From Blastocystis sp. Blastoise (taxonomy: Eukaryota > Protista > Bigyra: Opalinata): a stretch of DNA of 64,000 bases. The stretch is from assembly GCA_039096225.1 (NCBI GenBank), contig JBBPEB010000005.1, forward strand, positions 806,001 through 870,000, written 5' to 3'. Position numbers and translations under genes: made by a program. Below the pieces are notes generated by a model that was not told the origin of the DNA, made no database searches, and saw nothing but the letters and a program-made list of their open reading frames with translations. Shown piece by piece: positions 42,980-56,812 of this stretch (the stretch's first letter is position 1; every line of letters starts with the position of its first letter).

Positions 42980-44116
42980 ATGTCTCAATTAATGTCAAAT
43001 CAAAGAAATGAAACCGTATCAAGTGTACCGGTAAGTATTATAATTACTCCAAATTATACTCAGGATCATCAGATAGAACTGAGAGAAATTAATGAAGAAC
43101 GTGAATTCACAAATTTTGATGAAGAGACTATTCCTGGAAATCAGCAGCAAACGGCATCACTCCTTTATGATTCCATACCCATTGTTATACAAAAGAGTAT
43201 ATCTCCTTCATTATTCAATCAGAATAATCAATTTTTGCAAAATCAAAATGAATATACAAGCAGTATAGCTAATTATTTCTAATCATATTATAGTGTTTCT
43301 TATAAATTATAGGTATCCCAACAGTACATAATCAGATTAACAACATAATGGACAATCATTCCTTAGATAATGGGGATCTGCGACAACTAGATGAGTCTCT
43401 AAGTCAAGAAGACGATATTCCTAAAGTTTATCATGTTGATTCACCTAATCTTGATGAAGTAAAAGCTGAACAGAATCATTCAAATGAAATTTTATCAAAT
43501 AATCATTTCTTAAGTGATTCTGAGGATATAGAGAAGCCAGTAATGAATTCAGAAATAGCAGAATCCTACTGTGAATCAGATGGTGATGACAGTATAGAAA
43601 AACCGTCTTTTGCATTGCACGCTGAAGATCAAATTGATTATAAATCTGATTCTATATATTCAGATACTAATGATTCTGACGATACTGACAGTGAAAGTGA
43701 TATAGAGATTATTAAAACGAATCATTTAGAACGATATAAATCACCTGATATTTTACATGAATATTCTGATGAAAATGATGATATAGAAATAATTAAAGGA
43801 AATATATATAATTCAAGGCAATATATTTATAACGAGAATAGTTCTTCTTCTGATTCTTCTGATTCTAGTGAAAATGAAAATGAAAATGAAAATGAAAATG
43901 AAAATGAAAATGAAAATGAAAATGATGATATAGAAATAGTTAATAAAAATGTATATGATAATATAGATAATTATAATGAAGAATTGAGTTCTACTGATGA
44001 TAATGATGATATAGCTGTTATTAAAGAGAATAATAATATAGATATTGATGATGATATAGCTGTTATTAAAGAAAATAGTAATATAAATATTGATGATGAT
44101 ATAGCTGTTATTAAAA

Positions 44117-44152
<36 letters not shown>

Positions 44153-44187
44153 TAGATATTGATGATGATATAGCTGTTATTAAAGAC

Positions 44188-44218
<31 letters not shown>

Positions 44219-46675
44219 TAGATATTGATGATGATATAGCTGTTATTAAAGACAATAATAATAATAATAATGATAATAATATAGATATTGATGATGATAT
44301 AGCTGTTATTAAAACTAATAATAATCAGTATTCTAAGAGTTCAACAGAATCTGATTCTGACGATATACTGAAACCTAACGCTCTCTCTACTCTTAGTTCT
44401 ATATCTATAAATAATACGTCAATTTCAAGTATAGATAAGAATTCTTTAGAAAATCAGGATAAAAAAAAATCTTTAGATATGAAATATTTAGATTATAATG
44501 AAGACGATATTGATATAGATAAGAAATATAATACTATTCCAAATATAAACTCAACTCCTTCTTCTCATCATAAGAAACTACATAAGCATTCATCTTCTAA
44601 TAATAAGAATAATAATAATAATCAGTATAATAATAATAATAATAAGAATAATAATAATAATAATAATACTAAAAAGAAAAGTAAGAAAATAACTGATACG
44701 AATAATAATAATAACTCTCATGCTTCCTTTCCATCTTCTAATCCTAGTATTTCACATCACAGCCATGAAAACGCAATTCATAATTCTTTACCTTCATTAA
44801 ATAATACTAACACTATTATCAATAATAATAATCAACAACAACAACCAGTAGTAGCTGTTCCCGCCACAATTGCCCTCCATAACTCTCTTCCCTCTCAAAT
44901 TCAGTATTCACAATCATTATATTCAGTTCCACAAACAGGATATTCACAAGGACAAGTGGTTCAACCAATCGTTGTATCCCAAAATATTGTGCAACCAATA
45001 GTTGTACAACCAAGTGTAGTTTCTAATTCTTTAAATATCTCCATTTCAAACTTTTTAAATAAAAAACCAAATTTATTATTTACTGAGAAAAATAATAATA
45101 TTTCTAATCCTTTATTAGCTACAGTATCTATTTTTGTTATTTTTTTTTTTATATTATTTTTTATTATTTTTTTAATATTACATTATTTTTTTTTGTATTA
45201 TATTATATATATTCTAGTATGCGAATATGAAAGAATTGCCCGGTTTTTGTCTCCCGCCAAAGAATATAACATCTCGTATTATTCTATATATATAAATATT
45301 ATTATTATAACTTTTTTCATATATGATTGTTACTATATTTATATATATATAGCAAGTTTAGTTGAGTTTCAAGAATTAGTAGTATATGATACTACAGATG
45401 AAGATCTTCAAAAAGCTCTGATAACGACGACTAAAGACCCCTGCTTTCAAATAAGTCCTTTTTCACATATACCTATTATTGGAGTATATATATATATATA
45501 TATATATTGAATTATTGTATTAATAGTAATATTTCTATTAGAATTATAAATAAAATTTCTATTCTATATAAAGTGACCTATATATATATAGATATCAACA
45601 TGTGATTTATATTTATGTAATTGGGATATATTCGTTGAAAGTCGTGTTTTGAAATGGTCTTATACTGCATATATAGGACAACAAGTATATATATATATTA
45701 ATTATTATATTATAAAGAATAAAATTATATAAATATATATATATAGATAGATCCAATGGGACTTGTACCTCCTTCTTTATGGTCAATTCCCGTGGGAACC
45801 CCCAAACTATTCACATCTCATGAATATTATATACATGTTCCTCATACAGATTCTATTGCTATATGTCCTTTCTGTAATGGTATATATCTATTTATATAAT
45901 TATATAATCATACTCTCTTTTTTTTTGAACTTTTATATATATATATATGCTATTATCTACATCAATAAATGTCAACATATATATATATATATATAGGAAC
46001 AAAGATGGCTATATGTAAAGAATGTTCTGGAACAGCGATAACGACATGTGATTATTGTAGAGGAACAATGAAATGTATAGATATTCACGGGAGACAGGCT
46101 CATTGCTATAATTGTATAGAAGGTAAACAGAACTGTAAGAAGTGCCTTAAGAAAGGAATGGTTATATGTCCTGACTGCCTTGGAAGTGGACAAATTGTAG
46201 TTTTTGCACTTGTATATAGAATATATTATCTACTATAATATTATATATTATATATTATTCTATTATATATTATATACTATTCTATTATATATTATACACT
46301 ATTCTATTTTATATTATATACTATTCTATTATATATTATCTACTATTCTATTATATATTATATACTATTCTATTATTTTTCTTTTCTACATATAAATTTT
46401 TATAATATTATTATACGATATCATATTATCTTATTAATAAATATATTCTTTATATATATATTCTTCATATCTATGTATTTATTATACATATATATTTACC
46501 TTCAATATAGGCTATTATTTCCTTTCATAACGAATGCATATCAGAGTCCCACGGAGGTGTTCGAGTGAAAAACATCGAAGCACCACTCGCCGAATATGAA
46601 CATTTATGTGAGTATATATATATATATATTATTATTATTATTATATAATATATATATATATTGTCTAGAACCTTT

Positions 46676-46711
<36 letters not shown>

Positions 46712-47070
46712 CACAAAACCTCTTCTTTCTCTTCCTACTACTATTAATAATAAAGAACTATATATATTCATGAATAATATCTATGTTGCACATCGAAATG
46801 TATATATATATATATATATATTTATTATTCATATAAATTATACTATATATATATAATTATTATTCATATAAATTATACTATATATATATATAGACATGTG
46901 TTTCAAATAATTACTATATACATATGGAACATTTTAATTTACGTTATTTGCCAGTATATGCAGTAACTTCTGAAGATACAAAAGGAAGAACATTTCTTAA
47001 TTATTTATATGGAAAACATCTTTATGGATTTATTATGCAAAAACCATCAAATGCATGCTCTATTTATTAA
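42980..47070 (+). CDS. SSUH2-like protein (DnaJ-type CxxCxGxG zinc repeats) with long acidic/Asn-rich N-terminus
   Basis: FVESR...YIGQQ|IDPMG..PSLWSIP...VPHTDSIAICPFCNG, CKECSG, CDYCRG, CPDCLGSG; ends ...NACSIY*. Confidence 0.75.
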
Positions 47071-47594
47071 TAATCTTAAAATTATCTTTCTTTTTATTAT
47101 ATATGCATGTATTTTTATTCTTTTATAATATCAATATTTATTAATATATTTATTGTTTTCATCATTATTATTGTATTATTATATATAACTTGTAATTATG
47201 TAAAATTCATATATATATATATATACATTTATTCTTACTTTCTTTCTATTATATATATATATATATATATCAATTATTATGATTAATCATGACATTTTCT
47301 TTAGTCAAAAATAATATACTTCGTCTCTTCAATCATTATTTATTAATATATTCTTATAAATTGTCTATTTCATAGGTTATTTTAGAAGTTTCTAGTGTAT
47401 TTGAAATACCTTTATTATTGTATTTTTGTTTAATTTATATTTATATAGTTATTCTATTTCTATCAAAGATAACAGATTTATGAACAAAAATACATGAAAT
47501 TATGAATATAAATAGAAATAAATAATAGAAATATGTAAACATAAATATAACCCCAAATAATAGATTTTTATTCTTTTAAAATCATTTATTGTTT

Positions 47595-48267
47595 CTACTT
47601 CTTTGGTGTTTCTTGTCCTTTATTATTATATACTTCAATACCCATTGTCTTTGCTGATGCTATTACCTATTTATATAAAGAATGTATATAGAGTATACTT
47701 AGACTAAATATAAAATATATTCATATAGAATACACATATTTATTTCAAGAAAAATAGTGTTGATCTATAATAATATTAAAAGAACATACTTGAGAAACAA
47801 TACTTTCTAAAGAAAGATTTTGAAGGCTTGGATCTGTTTTCTTAATTGTAGCAATTTCATAAACTTGCTTTAAATTTACTTTACCAAGATTTTCATGTCC
47901 TGGTTTATGTCTATACATATATAATTTTTTTTTTTAATTAATATTATATATAAAAACGAAAAGAAAATAGAATGAATAAAATAAAAATAAAAACATACGC
48001 ACCAAGTGATATTCCTGCACATCTGAATAAAAAATAAGATACAGGAGGTGTTTTAACTATGAATTTGAATGAATTATCAGAGAATGCTGATAATTCTACA
48101 GGAACAACAATGCCTGGAATATATTGTGTTGTTTTTGCATTAACCTCTTTACAGAAATCTCTCATATTAACACCAAGAGGACCTAAAGCTTGACCAATTT
48201 GAGCACTAGGCTTAGCTTGACCAGCAGGAATCTTCAGTCTTACTGTAGCTTTTAAAACAGCAGCCAT
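47595..48267 (-). CDS. MRPL11: Mitochondrial (MRO) ribosomal protein uL11m
   Basis: LKIPAGQAKPSAQIGQALGPLGVNMRDFCK, FIVKTPP, KQVYEIA, SAKTMGIEV; 3 exons. Confidence 0.93.
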
Positions 48268-48507
48268 GACAATATTAGGATAATAATAAAGAAATATTGA
48301 TTTTTTTTTGTTTTGGCATTTCCCCTGGAACTTTTGTAGAGTCTCCCTTTGTTTTTACTTTTATCATTTCTTTTCAGTTGCCTTCAAGCGGTTAATAATA
48401 ACGAATCGTAATTTTTTTGAGTTTATAAGTCAAAATTTGTATTTATTCTTAAAAAAATATATATATATTTTTTTTTTTATCCTAGTTACGTGATTTGTTA
48501 TCTAACT

Positions 48508-49077
48508 ATGTCAGATGCTTATGATTCTGTTATAGGAGGTAAGTTAACTCTCTTGGGAAAAGCTATGCCTTCTGCTTCTTCACAACATAAAAAATCGTAT
48601 GTAATTCTATGATTATTTCTTGATTTATAGTATTTATATGTATTATTATATATTTTATTATACAAAGAAGAAGCATTCACACAAAGAAAAATCAAATAAA
48701 ATTGTATTATCTAAAGAAGAGTTTGAAAAATCTGATTTACTACCTGTTGAAGAACCAGAAACAACAAAAACAGAAACTGAATTGAAGTTCTTAGAACGAA
48801 AACAGCAATTAGTATGTTTTTTGTTTAGAATCTTATATTTTATTCTGTTGTTATAATAATTTTACTGATTGTTAATTTGAATTAATATTTAGATTGAGAA
48901 ACGTGCAAAGGAAATTGCAAAGACAAGTATGAGTGAAAAGATCCAAGTATACATTTATATATTCTCTTTTTTTAATTATTATTCATATAATTTTTTCTAA
49001 AGAAATTCAATACTCAACTTTCACAATTACCCGAACAAAACGATATGCCAAGATTAGCAGCAGCTGGTATTGGATAA
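48508..49077 (+). CDS. FAM32A: FAM32A-like splicing factor
   Basis: MSDAYDSVIGGKLTLLG...KTETELKF...SMSEKIQ|KFNTQLSQLPEQNDMPRL; 4 exons. Confidence 0.85.
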
Positions 49078-49367
49078 CGGCTTATTATTATTTGCAACTG
49101 TATTTTATTGTTTATTTGTTTTTTCATGTATATTGTTTATTTTTGTCAAAAAGTAGTTTTGTTTATTTTTTATATAAATGGCTTTATTATTTATAAATAT
49201 AGTTTATTCAATTTTAGGTTTATTATAAGAAATGTATTTAGATTAATAATGAAAAAACTACAAAAAGGGATATATATAATAGTAGATATCATCAAAACAG
49301 AGAAAAGTAAAAAGAAAAAAAGAAAATCAATAAATTATCTGTAAATTAATAAATTGATGACTCATCA

Positions 49368-50163
49368 TTATTTTGGAAGCTCTCGAATTCTATATATATA
49401 TATATTGAATTTTAACATTTTTTATTCATATATATATATATGAATGTATATGTATGTATATATATAGATATATATATATACCTAGCCATCCATTGCCATA
49501 TCATACAATCAAAAAAACGCTGTAAATATATACTATCTTCAAATATCTGACTTTTTTCCTATATATATATTAAGATAGTGAATTGAATATAAAAATAATA
49601 TAAATAAACAATAAAAATAAGCCTAATAAATTTCAATAAAATGAAACTATATATATATATATATATAATTAAATAAATACATTATTATAGACACGACAAT
49701 TTCTGTATATTTGTCTGATTTCAATAATGACTTCGTTAAGTGTATGATATTTATTAGCGACTAATCTTGATATTACTAATTTCAAATATATAGGATAATA
49801 CATTTGTTCATAATAACTATAAATGGATAATAATACAATAAGAAACATAATAAATATATAGAAAAACTAAATAATGATAAGATTAACTAAATATTTTAAA
49901 ATGAACAACTTTATCATTATATATTCAACTTGACCAATTTAAATAATTTATAGTTAATATTTATATATATATCATAATGATAATCAAAAATAAAAATATC
50001 TTATGATGAATAAAAGAATATATATATATACTCTTTCCTTATAGAAGAATCGATATCGTCGATAAATTGTGAGTTAATAGGAAAGGTTAATAAACGATGA
50101 ATAATATATATTAATATCTATATATATATTTATATAAATATAATAATAATAAAAAATATATAT

Positions 50164-50194
<31 letters not shown>

Positions 50195-51190
50195 CAAATA
50201 ATAATAATAATAATAATAATAAACAAAATAATAATAAATACAATTGTAGGTGTAATTTGTTTATTTGTGAGAAACGAAAGTGTTTGTTGACAATAGCTGC
50301 ATCGATTGTCCTTTGAGAACTGAGGCTATATGAATACATATATAAGAAATGGATAAATAGTGTTATTCATGATTATAATGATCATTTTCTTTTTCTTTAA
50401 TTATAATATATTATAAAATAAAGAAAATAATAATATTCAACGATAATAAAATATAACACTATAAAATTATATATACAGGAATACATGATTTATGATATTT
50501 CAAAGGACAAGTTGGGCAAGATACTAATTTCTCATCTTTTTTATCATTACAAATACAACAGACATTAAGATTATAAATAATATCACCACCAACTGTATTA
50601 TCCATTAAGAATAAACAATAAGTACATTGATGTTTCTTTGTAGAATTCGTAGAATGACACCATGGACATATTTTACATTTAGGATTAATTTCTGAAGGAT
50701 GTTGTTGCTTATAATTATCTATATCAAATAAAAATGTAGTTTTTGAAGAAACGGAAGAAACATGAAGAAATTTTCGAAATGATGAGCAATCATCAAGTGG
50801 AATAGTATCTGTATATATATATGAAATTAATACATATAAAATAAATTCATATTCATAGATATTGATAACAAAAACACATTTATGTTTAGAAAATACAATT
50901 TATTAATGGAAAAGTGAATAAACGAATGAATAATTGCTCACGAATAGATTTAATTAATTGAAGCTCCTATATTTATCTAACGTAGTATTATATATAACGC
51001 AAGAACTTACGACTTTCACAGGAAATGAGAATGATCGCGACAATTCATAAATAAAATGTTCTGGAGAAGAATTGAAATCATTTGCGAAATTCCAGACAAC
51101 ATGAGACTGAAAGGTACTTCCATCTGGAAGTGGATAACTCACATTAACTAAGAATGGAGTTTCATAATTAATAGAATTATCAGTTTCCAT
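49368..51190 (-). CDS. Chromatin protein: SNF5-like repeat, CxxC ribbon, PHD finger and bromodomain
   Basis: VVWNF..SSPEHFIYEL...|ELQLIKSIREQL (SNF5); CCICND..VSCPTCPLKYHKSCIP|..RCSYC (PHD); YYEQMYYPIYLKLVISRL..KY..LNEVIIEIRQIYRNCRVYN (bromodomain); 8 exons. Confidence 0.75.
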
Positions 51191-51374
51191 GTATTCTTTG
51201 GTATCTCGCTTCGTATATTAGCAGTAAAAAAAGAAAACAAGCACAAATATGAATAGTTTTGTAATGAGTCAATTTCAGCGGGAATCTTTTGAATCATGAA
51301 TCATTTTTAAATTTTTTACATGTAAAAATTTTTCTTAAATTATTAACTTCGTTTTTCTCTTATTTATATATATT

Positions 51375-52298
51375 ATGGATGCTAATTTAGTTGCTGCTAT
51401 CAAGAGAGGTAATCCTGTTTGTTTCTTAGATATTGCCATTGCTGGTAATCCTATTGGTAGAATCAAGTTAGAATTATTCAAAAATATTTGTCCTAAAGTA
51501 TATTATATCCTATTTCTCTATTTTATCCTTATATTGTTTAGACTGTTGAGAATTTCAGGTACTTGTTTTTAATAGATAATTTAGTTTATGATGTATAGAC
51601 AGTTTTGTGTTGGCGAACATAAACGATCTGGCATGCCTGTTGGCTATAAGGGATCTAGAATTCATAGGTATTTTTGCTTTATATACTAAACTATTTATCA
51701 TTTGTCTAGAATTTTAAAAGAATATATTATTCAAGGAGGTGATTTCGTCAGAGTATATATTTTTTCTTCAATATTTATATTTAGAATCTATAATGAACGT
51801 AATTTCTTTGTAAAAACGTCAAAAATAAAAAAAATATATTTTTTACTATTATAGAATGATGGTACGGGTAAGATGAGTATCTATGGAGAAACCTTTGCTG
51901 ATGAGAATTTCGAACTTAAACATGATCAACCTGGTCTTTTAGCTATGGTATAATTTTTTTTTCATTTATTAAAGTCCATTTTTTGATATTTATTCTTTTT
52001 GATGTTACAATATTATATATATAAATAGGCCAATAGTGGACCCAATACCAATGGATGTCAAGTATTTTCTTTTTTTTTTATATATATTAAGAAATCATAA
52101 TAATAAATAATATATATATATATATAGTTTTATATAACATGTAATGCCAACCCAACATTAGATGGTAAATATGTAGTTTTTGGTAAAGTACTAGATACTG
52201 AATCTATGAAAATTGTCCGTATGATTGAAAATGTGTCTGTAAATACAGATGAAACACCTAAAGTATCTGTAGCAATTACTGAATGTGGTGAATTATAA
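51375..52298 (+). CDS. PPIH: Cyclophilin H (U4/U6 snRNP peptidyl-prolyl isomerase)
   Basis: [62 protein letters not shown]; 7 exons. Confidence 0.92.
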
Positions 52299-52496
52299 AA
52301 CTGTTCTATTATTTGTTTCTTTTTTCTTGTTTTGTTAAAACAATATTATTATATAATATATAATCAATCCTATCTATTATTCATAATTAATTAATAACAA
52401 ATCAATTCTTTATAATATATATACATATATATAATAATATAAATTAACTAAACGATTCCATATAACATCGAGTTGATTGAAAAGAATCTAAGACTT

Positions 52497-53345
52497 TTAG
52501 TTCTTGTGATGAGCATGAGCAGCATGACGACGAGCCTTGGCATATAATTCCTTGACTTCATCTCTCTTAAGGAGAGCACGCTTGTGACCACCAAGCTATA
52601 GAATAATATAGATAATAGAATATCAATGTATTCTATTGATATAATAATATATATCAATAAATAAATAAATAAAAAAAAAGAGAAATAAAAAGAAATTCAT
52701 AAATATATGATTAAATTAAAAAAAAAAATTGAAAGATGATGTTAAGAGATGAGTTTGATAATATTATTTTGTTAGATTATTATTATTATTATTATTTGAA
52801 TGAATGAAAATAAATACTCGCTTCTTAGCAAACTTGTAGAGTCTCTTTTCAACGTTGTTACCACCAGCCTTAAGTAATAAAATAAAAATTATTATTATAT
52901 ATATTATTAAAAAATAAATTTAAAAAATTCATTATCAAATAATATAAAGAAGAATAAAAGAATATAAATAACAATAAAATGCCTTAAGTTGATCCATCAT
53001 GTGTTTTTCATAAGGAAGTAAACCAATGACTTCACGGATAAGTTCACGGGCGAACTTAACGTTCTTGGTAGCCATATATAAAATAAATAAATAAAAACTT
53101 ATGTTATATTAAAAAAGAAAACAGTTCATTTTGTAATAAATAAGTAGATATTCATTTTAAATTTATTTTATTATAAATATTCATATCTACATATAAATAT
53201 AAATATGAAATGACAAAAAATAAAGAATAAATAAAACTAATCTACATACACCCTTCTTAGCAATAGGTCTTTCAACCTTAGCCATCTTTTCAGTATGATG
53301 ACCTCTTTCAATACCAACAGCAATAGATTCCCAAGGACCCTTCAT
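52497..53345 (-). CDS. RPL36: 60S ribosomal protein eL36
   Basis: IAVGIERGH, KFARELIREVIGLLPYEK, KFAKKR|LGGHKRALLKRDE; high-expression codon bias. Introns 1 and 2 are non-canonical. Confidence 0.95.
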
Positions 53346-54164
53346 TTTTGTAATGTGTGTTCTTAAAGTACTCGACGTAATTTAGAAGTATTAAAGGAAA
53401 AACAACGAAAGCGTTTTTTTTTTCTTAGGACATTTTTTTTTATCATAATCCAGCCCCTTTCATTTTCTTTTTACACCATATTCATATATACATTTCCTAT
53501 TTCACCCCCACCCCTCTTTCTTTTTTCCTATTTTTTTCATTTTCTTTACTCATTCACAACAAATTACCGTGAAAAAGGAAGGAATGTGTTTCTGAGAAAA
53601 ACGGGTACTTTTTCTACATTTATGAAAAAGGAAATTCAGTAACGACTGAATTATGTTGAAAATCACATTATAAAAACTGGTTTCATTTTTAATTTATGAT
53701 TATAAGAGATACAAGTGATTTTTTAAGGCATCCTGATTTTATTTGCTAATTGAAATCTCAGATATATGTTTTTCTAAATCTTTTTTTCATTAAATAACAC
53801 ATCATTTCATTGTTTTTATGGATAATATATTTTTAGCTTATTTTGGTGTTGCTCTACTGTTTATATGAACTGTGAAAATGCATTGGCGTTAATATTTATA
53901 TGCTATTAAACATGTGATAATCTACACGTATCGTAGTTATTAAAAATTATATCATGATATATTCATAGTATAATGTTGTGCATACGATAATACTCTTAAT
54001 TTTCAAAAACTATTACATAAACAAATGATTTCTTCAAATTAATTCCAATTTCAAAAAATAGCATTTATTTTCGAGTATTGGTATCCATGATTTATATGTA
54101 GCACTATATTTCCTAACGTATATACATAGAAAAACTTATTGAAAAGAAATAGAAAATAAAAATT

Positions 54165-54235
54165 TGCACCAGCCGGGAATCGAACCCGGGTCTGTTCCGT
54201 GGCAGGGAACTATCTTACCACTGGACCACTGGTGC
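54165..54235 (-). tRNA. tRNA-Gly(GCC)
   Basis: GCACCAG acceptor stem pairs with CTGGTGC-A; anticodon arm GTTCC-CTGCCAC-GGAAC; T arm CCGGG-TTCGATT-CCCGG. Confidence 0.97.
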
Positions 54236-54873
54236 ATGAAATTTTTATTTTAACTATCACACTTAATATCATTAGTTATCGTATAATTCATTTATGTACA
54301 TGAAATACTGAAAATTATCTAAAACTAAATATCAGAACATATGAAACAGGTTATCTATAAAGTAAAAAGCATATATATATAAGTTTTAAAAATAATCTAA
54401 GTGAAATGTTTGTTCAAAACTATATAATATTAGGCTTATATTTATATCAGTATAATAATATCACCAATATAAATGATATTTAGTATTATTAAGTAAAAAG
54501 ATTGTTAATTAATAGATTTTTATATTAATAAATGACATATATTTGATCCTAGTATATGATAAATGTGATCAATAACATAATAGTTAATTTTTTATAATTT
54601 AATATATGATTTTAAAGTCTAATTATTTAAAAAATATTTTTTATAAAAATTTTCTTTTGTTATTTTTTTTATTACGCTAAAATTTATTGTAATTTGAGAA
54701 AAATCAAACAAAAATCTATGTGATTCATTTTTATCATGCAATAGAAAAGGATTGCGCCTTGTATTTATATAAGAAAATGGAGTTAAAATAAAAGAAAATA
54801 TATAAATGAAAAAATTGAGAAAACAAAAAGAATAATAAGAATAGTAAATTATAAGCAAATAAGAACATATATT

Positions 54874-56770
54874 TTATAAATCGGATAGATCACTCGTATC
54901 AGTGCAATTATCGGAGTCACTATCAGAATGTTGGTTTTGGGTTGATGAGGTTGAATCTACAGCATTTCCTTTAGTTGTCTTATCCCCTTTCGAAGATAAG
55001 ATAGGACTCCCTTTTGGATCTCGTTTCTTAGTTATAAACATCTTCGTTTTGGTTTGGACCTCGTTGATTTTGGCATCTATATCAGAGCATAACAATATAG
55101 GAGTTTCAGTAAGAGGTAATGATGACTATATGAAACAACAATTTATAAAAAAAAAGAAAAAGAAAAAGAGAAAAATGAAAAAATAATAATAATTATAATA
55201 AGAAGAAAAAAGAAACAATCATTACATTAACAATATTTGAATGTATAATAATATTCATTATTTATAATCTAGAAAAACATACTTGTTTTGTGACAGCATC
55301 TTTAAGCCATTCATTAGCGTCATTGATGACATTATAGGCGTCATTCACTTCAGATTCTTTTACATCCATATATTCTTCTTGTATAGTTTTAATTTGACGT
55401 TTTAAAGAACTACACATATTATTCATTTCTATAATCTTCTTATTACGATTCTTTCCTTCTTCTTGTCTATATATATATTATATTATATTATATTTAACAA
55501 TAAATAATAAAAATAATAAATTTACAATATAGCCACATATTATATATATATCATAAAAAAAAATACTCATAAAAACAATATATATATATATATACCTATT
55601 AATAATATGGTCTCCTTTTTCTTTCATAGATTGATATCGTTTTATTACTTGTTCTTTTGTAGCTAACATACATTCTTCACTATATAACCAATCTTCATTA
55701 TCCATAAATATATGTGATATTTCTTCTTTCTCTTCTCTCTTCACATATATACTCTCTAAATTCTCAATAATATCTCTCATCTTATATATATAACTTTCCA
55801 TTTCATTCTTAATCTTATTACGTTCTTTTATTTCTTCATCTTCTTTTGTCATCTCTTTCTCTTTCTCCATAAACTTATGTATATCAATTGTATCATATTT
55901 CTTACCTTTTATAGAGAAACATAATGACTTATAAGACTTATTATCTTCTATATATATGTATTTATGTATATATTCAGATATATAATTATAACCATAAATA
56001 GTATTATTTTATTTATATATATTTATATATATATATACGTTTAAAAGATCCTTTGGAATCTTCAACATAGATCTTTTGTATAGTAATACAACTAGAAGAA
56101 TCAACATATATTTCCATTAATAGAGATTTAGAAGCATATTTAGAACAATCATCTATAATTGTTATTGTATATATAGCATTCTTATTCTCACTACTTTTAA
56201 GGGTATACTATATAGTGTTAATAATAATATTATTTTTCATATTCATATATACTTCTCCTTGTTTATTCACGGGAATTGCAACGCTCTTTACTGTTGGATA
56301 ACTATCCCCTCGAACAAAAATTGGACTATAATAATAGTAATAAAAATAAAATAATAAATAAATACAATAATATAAATATAAATAAATATAATAATATCAA
56401 TATACACATCATTAATAGAGTAATCATAATATAAACGATCGAGAACATTATAAGCTTTTAATTTCATGTTTTCGTTCCCAAGAGCACATGCCCAAGTAAC
56501 TCCTTTACATATACATTCATCCATATTCAGAGTAGTACTTAATCCATACTATATATATATATTATCCATAAGTATATACTTATAAAAAATAAATAATAAT
56601 AATATATATATATATAATTCATAGATTACATAATAATATATATATATATACATTAAGTTCTTTCATATTTCTCTTCATAACAGAAGCAACAGCTTCTTTT
56701 AATTGAGGTACTCTCATGCCTCCTCCTACTATTTCGACACTATGTATATCTACTGTAGTCAGACCACTCT

Positions 56771-56812
<42 letters not shown>

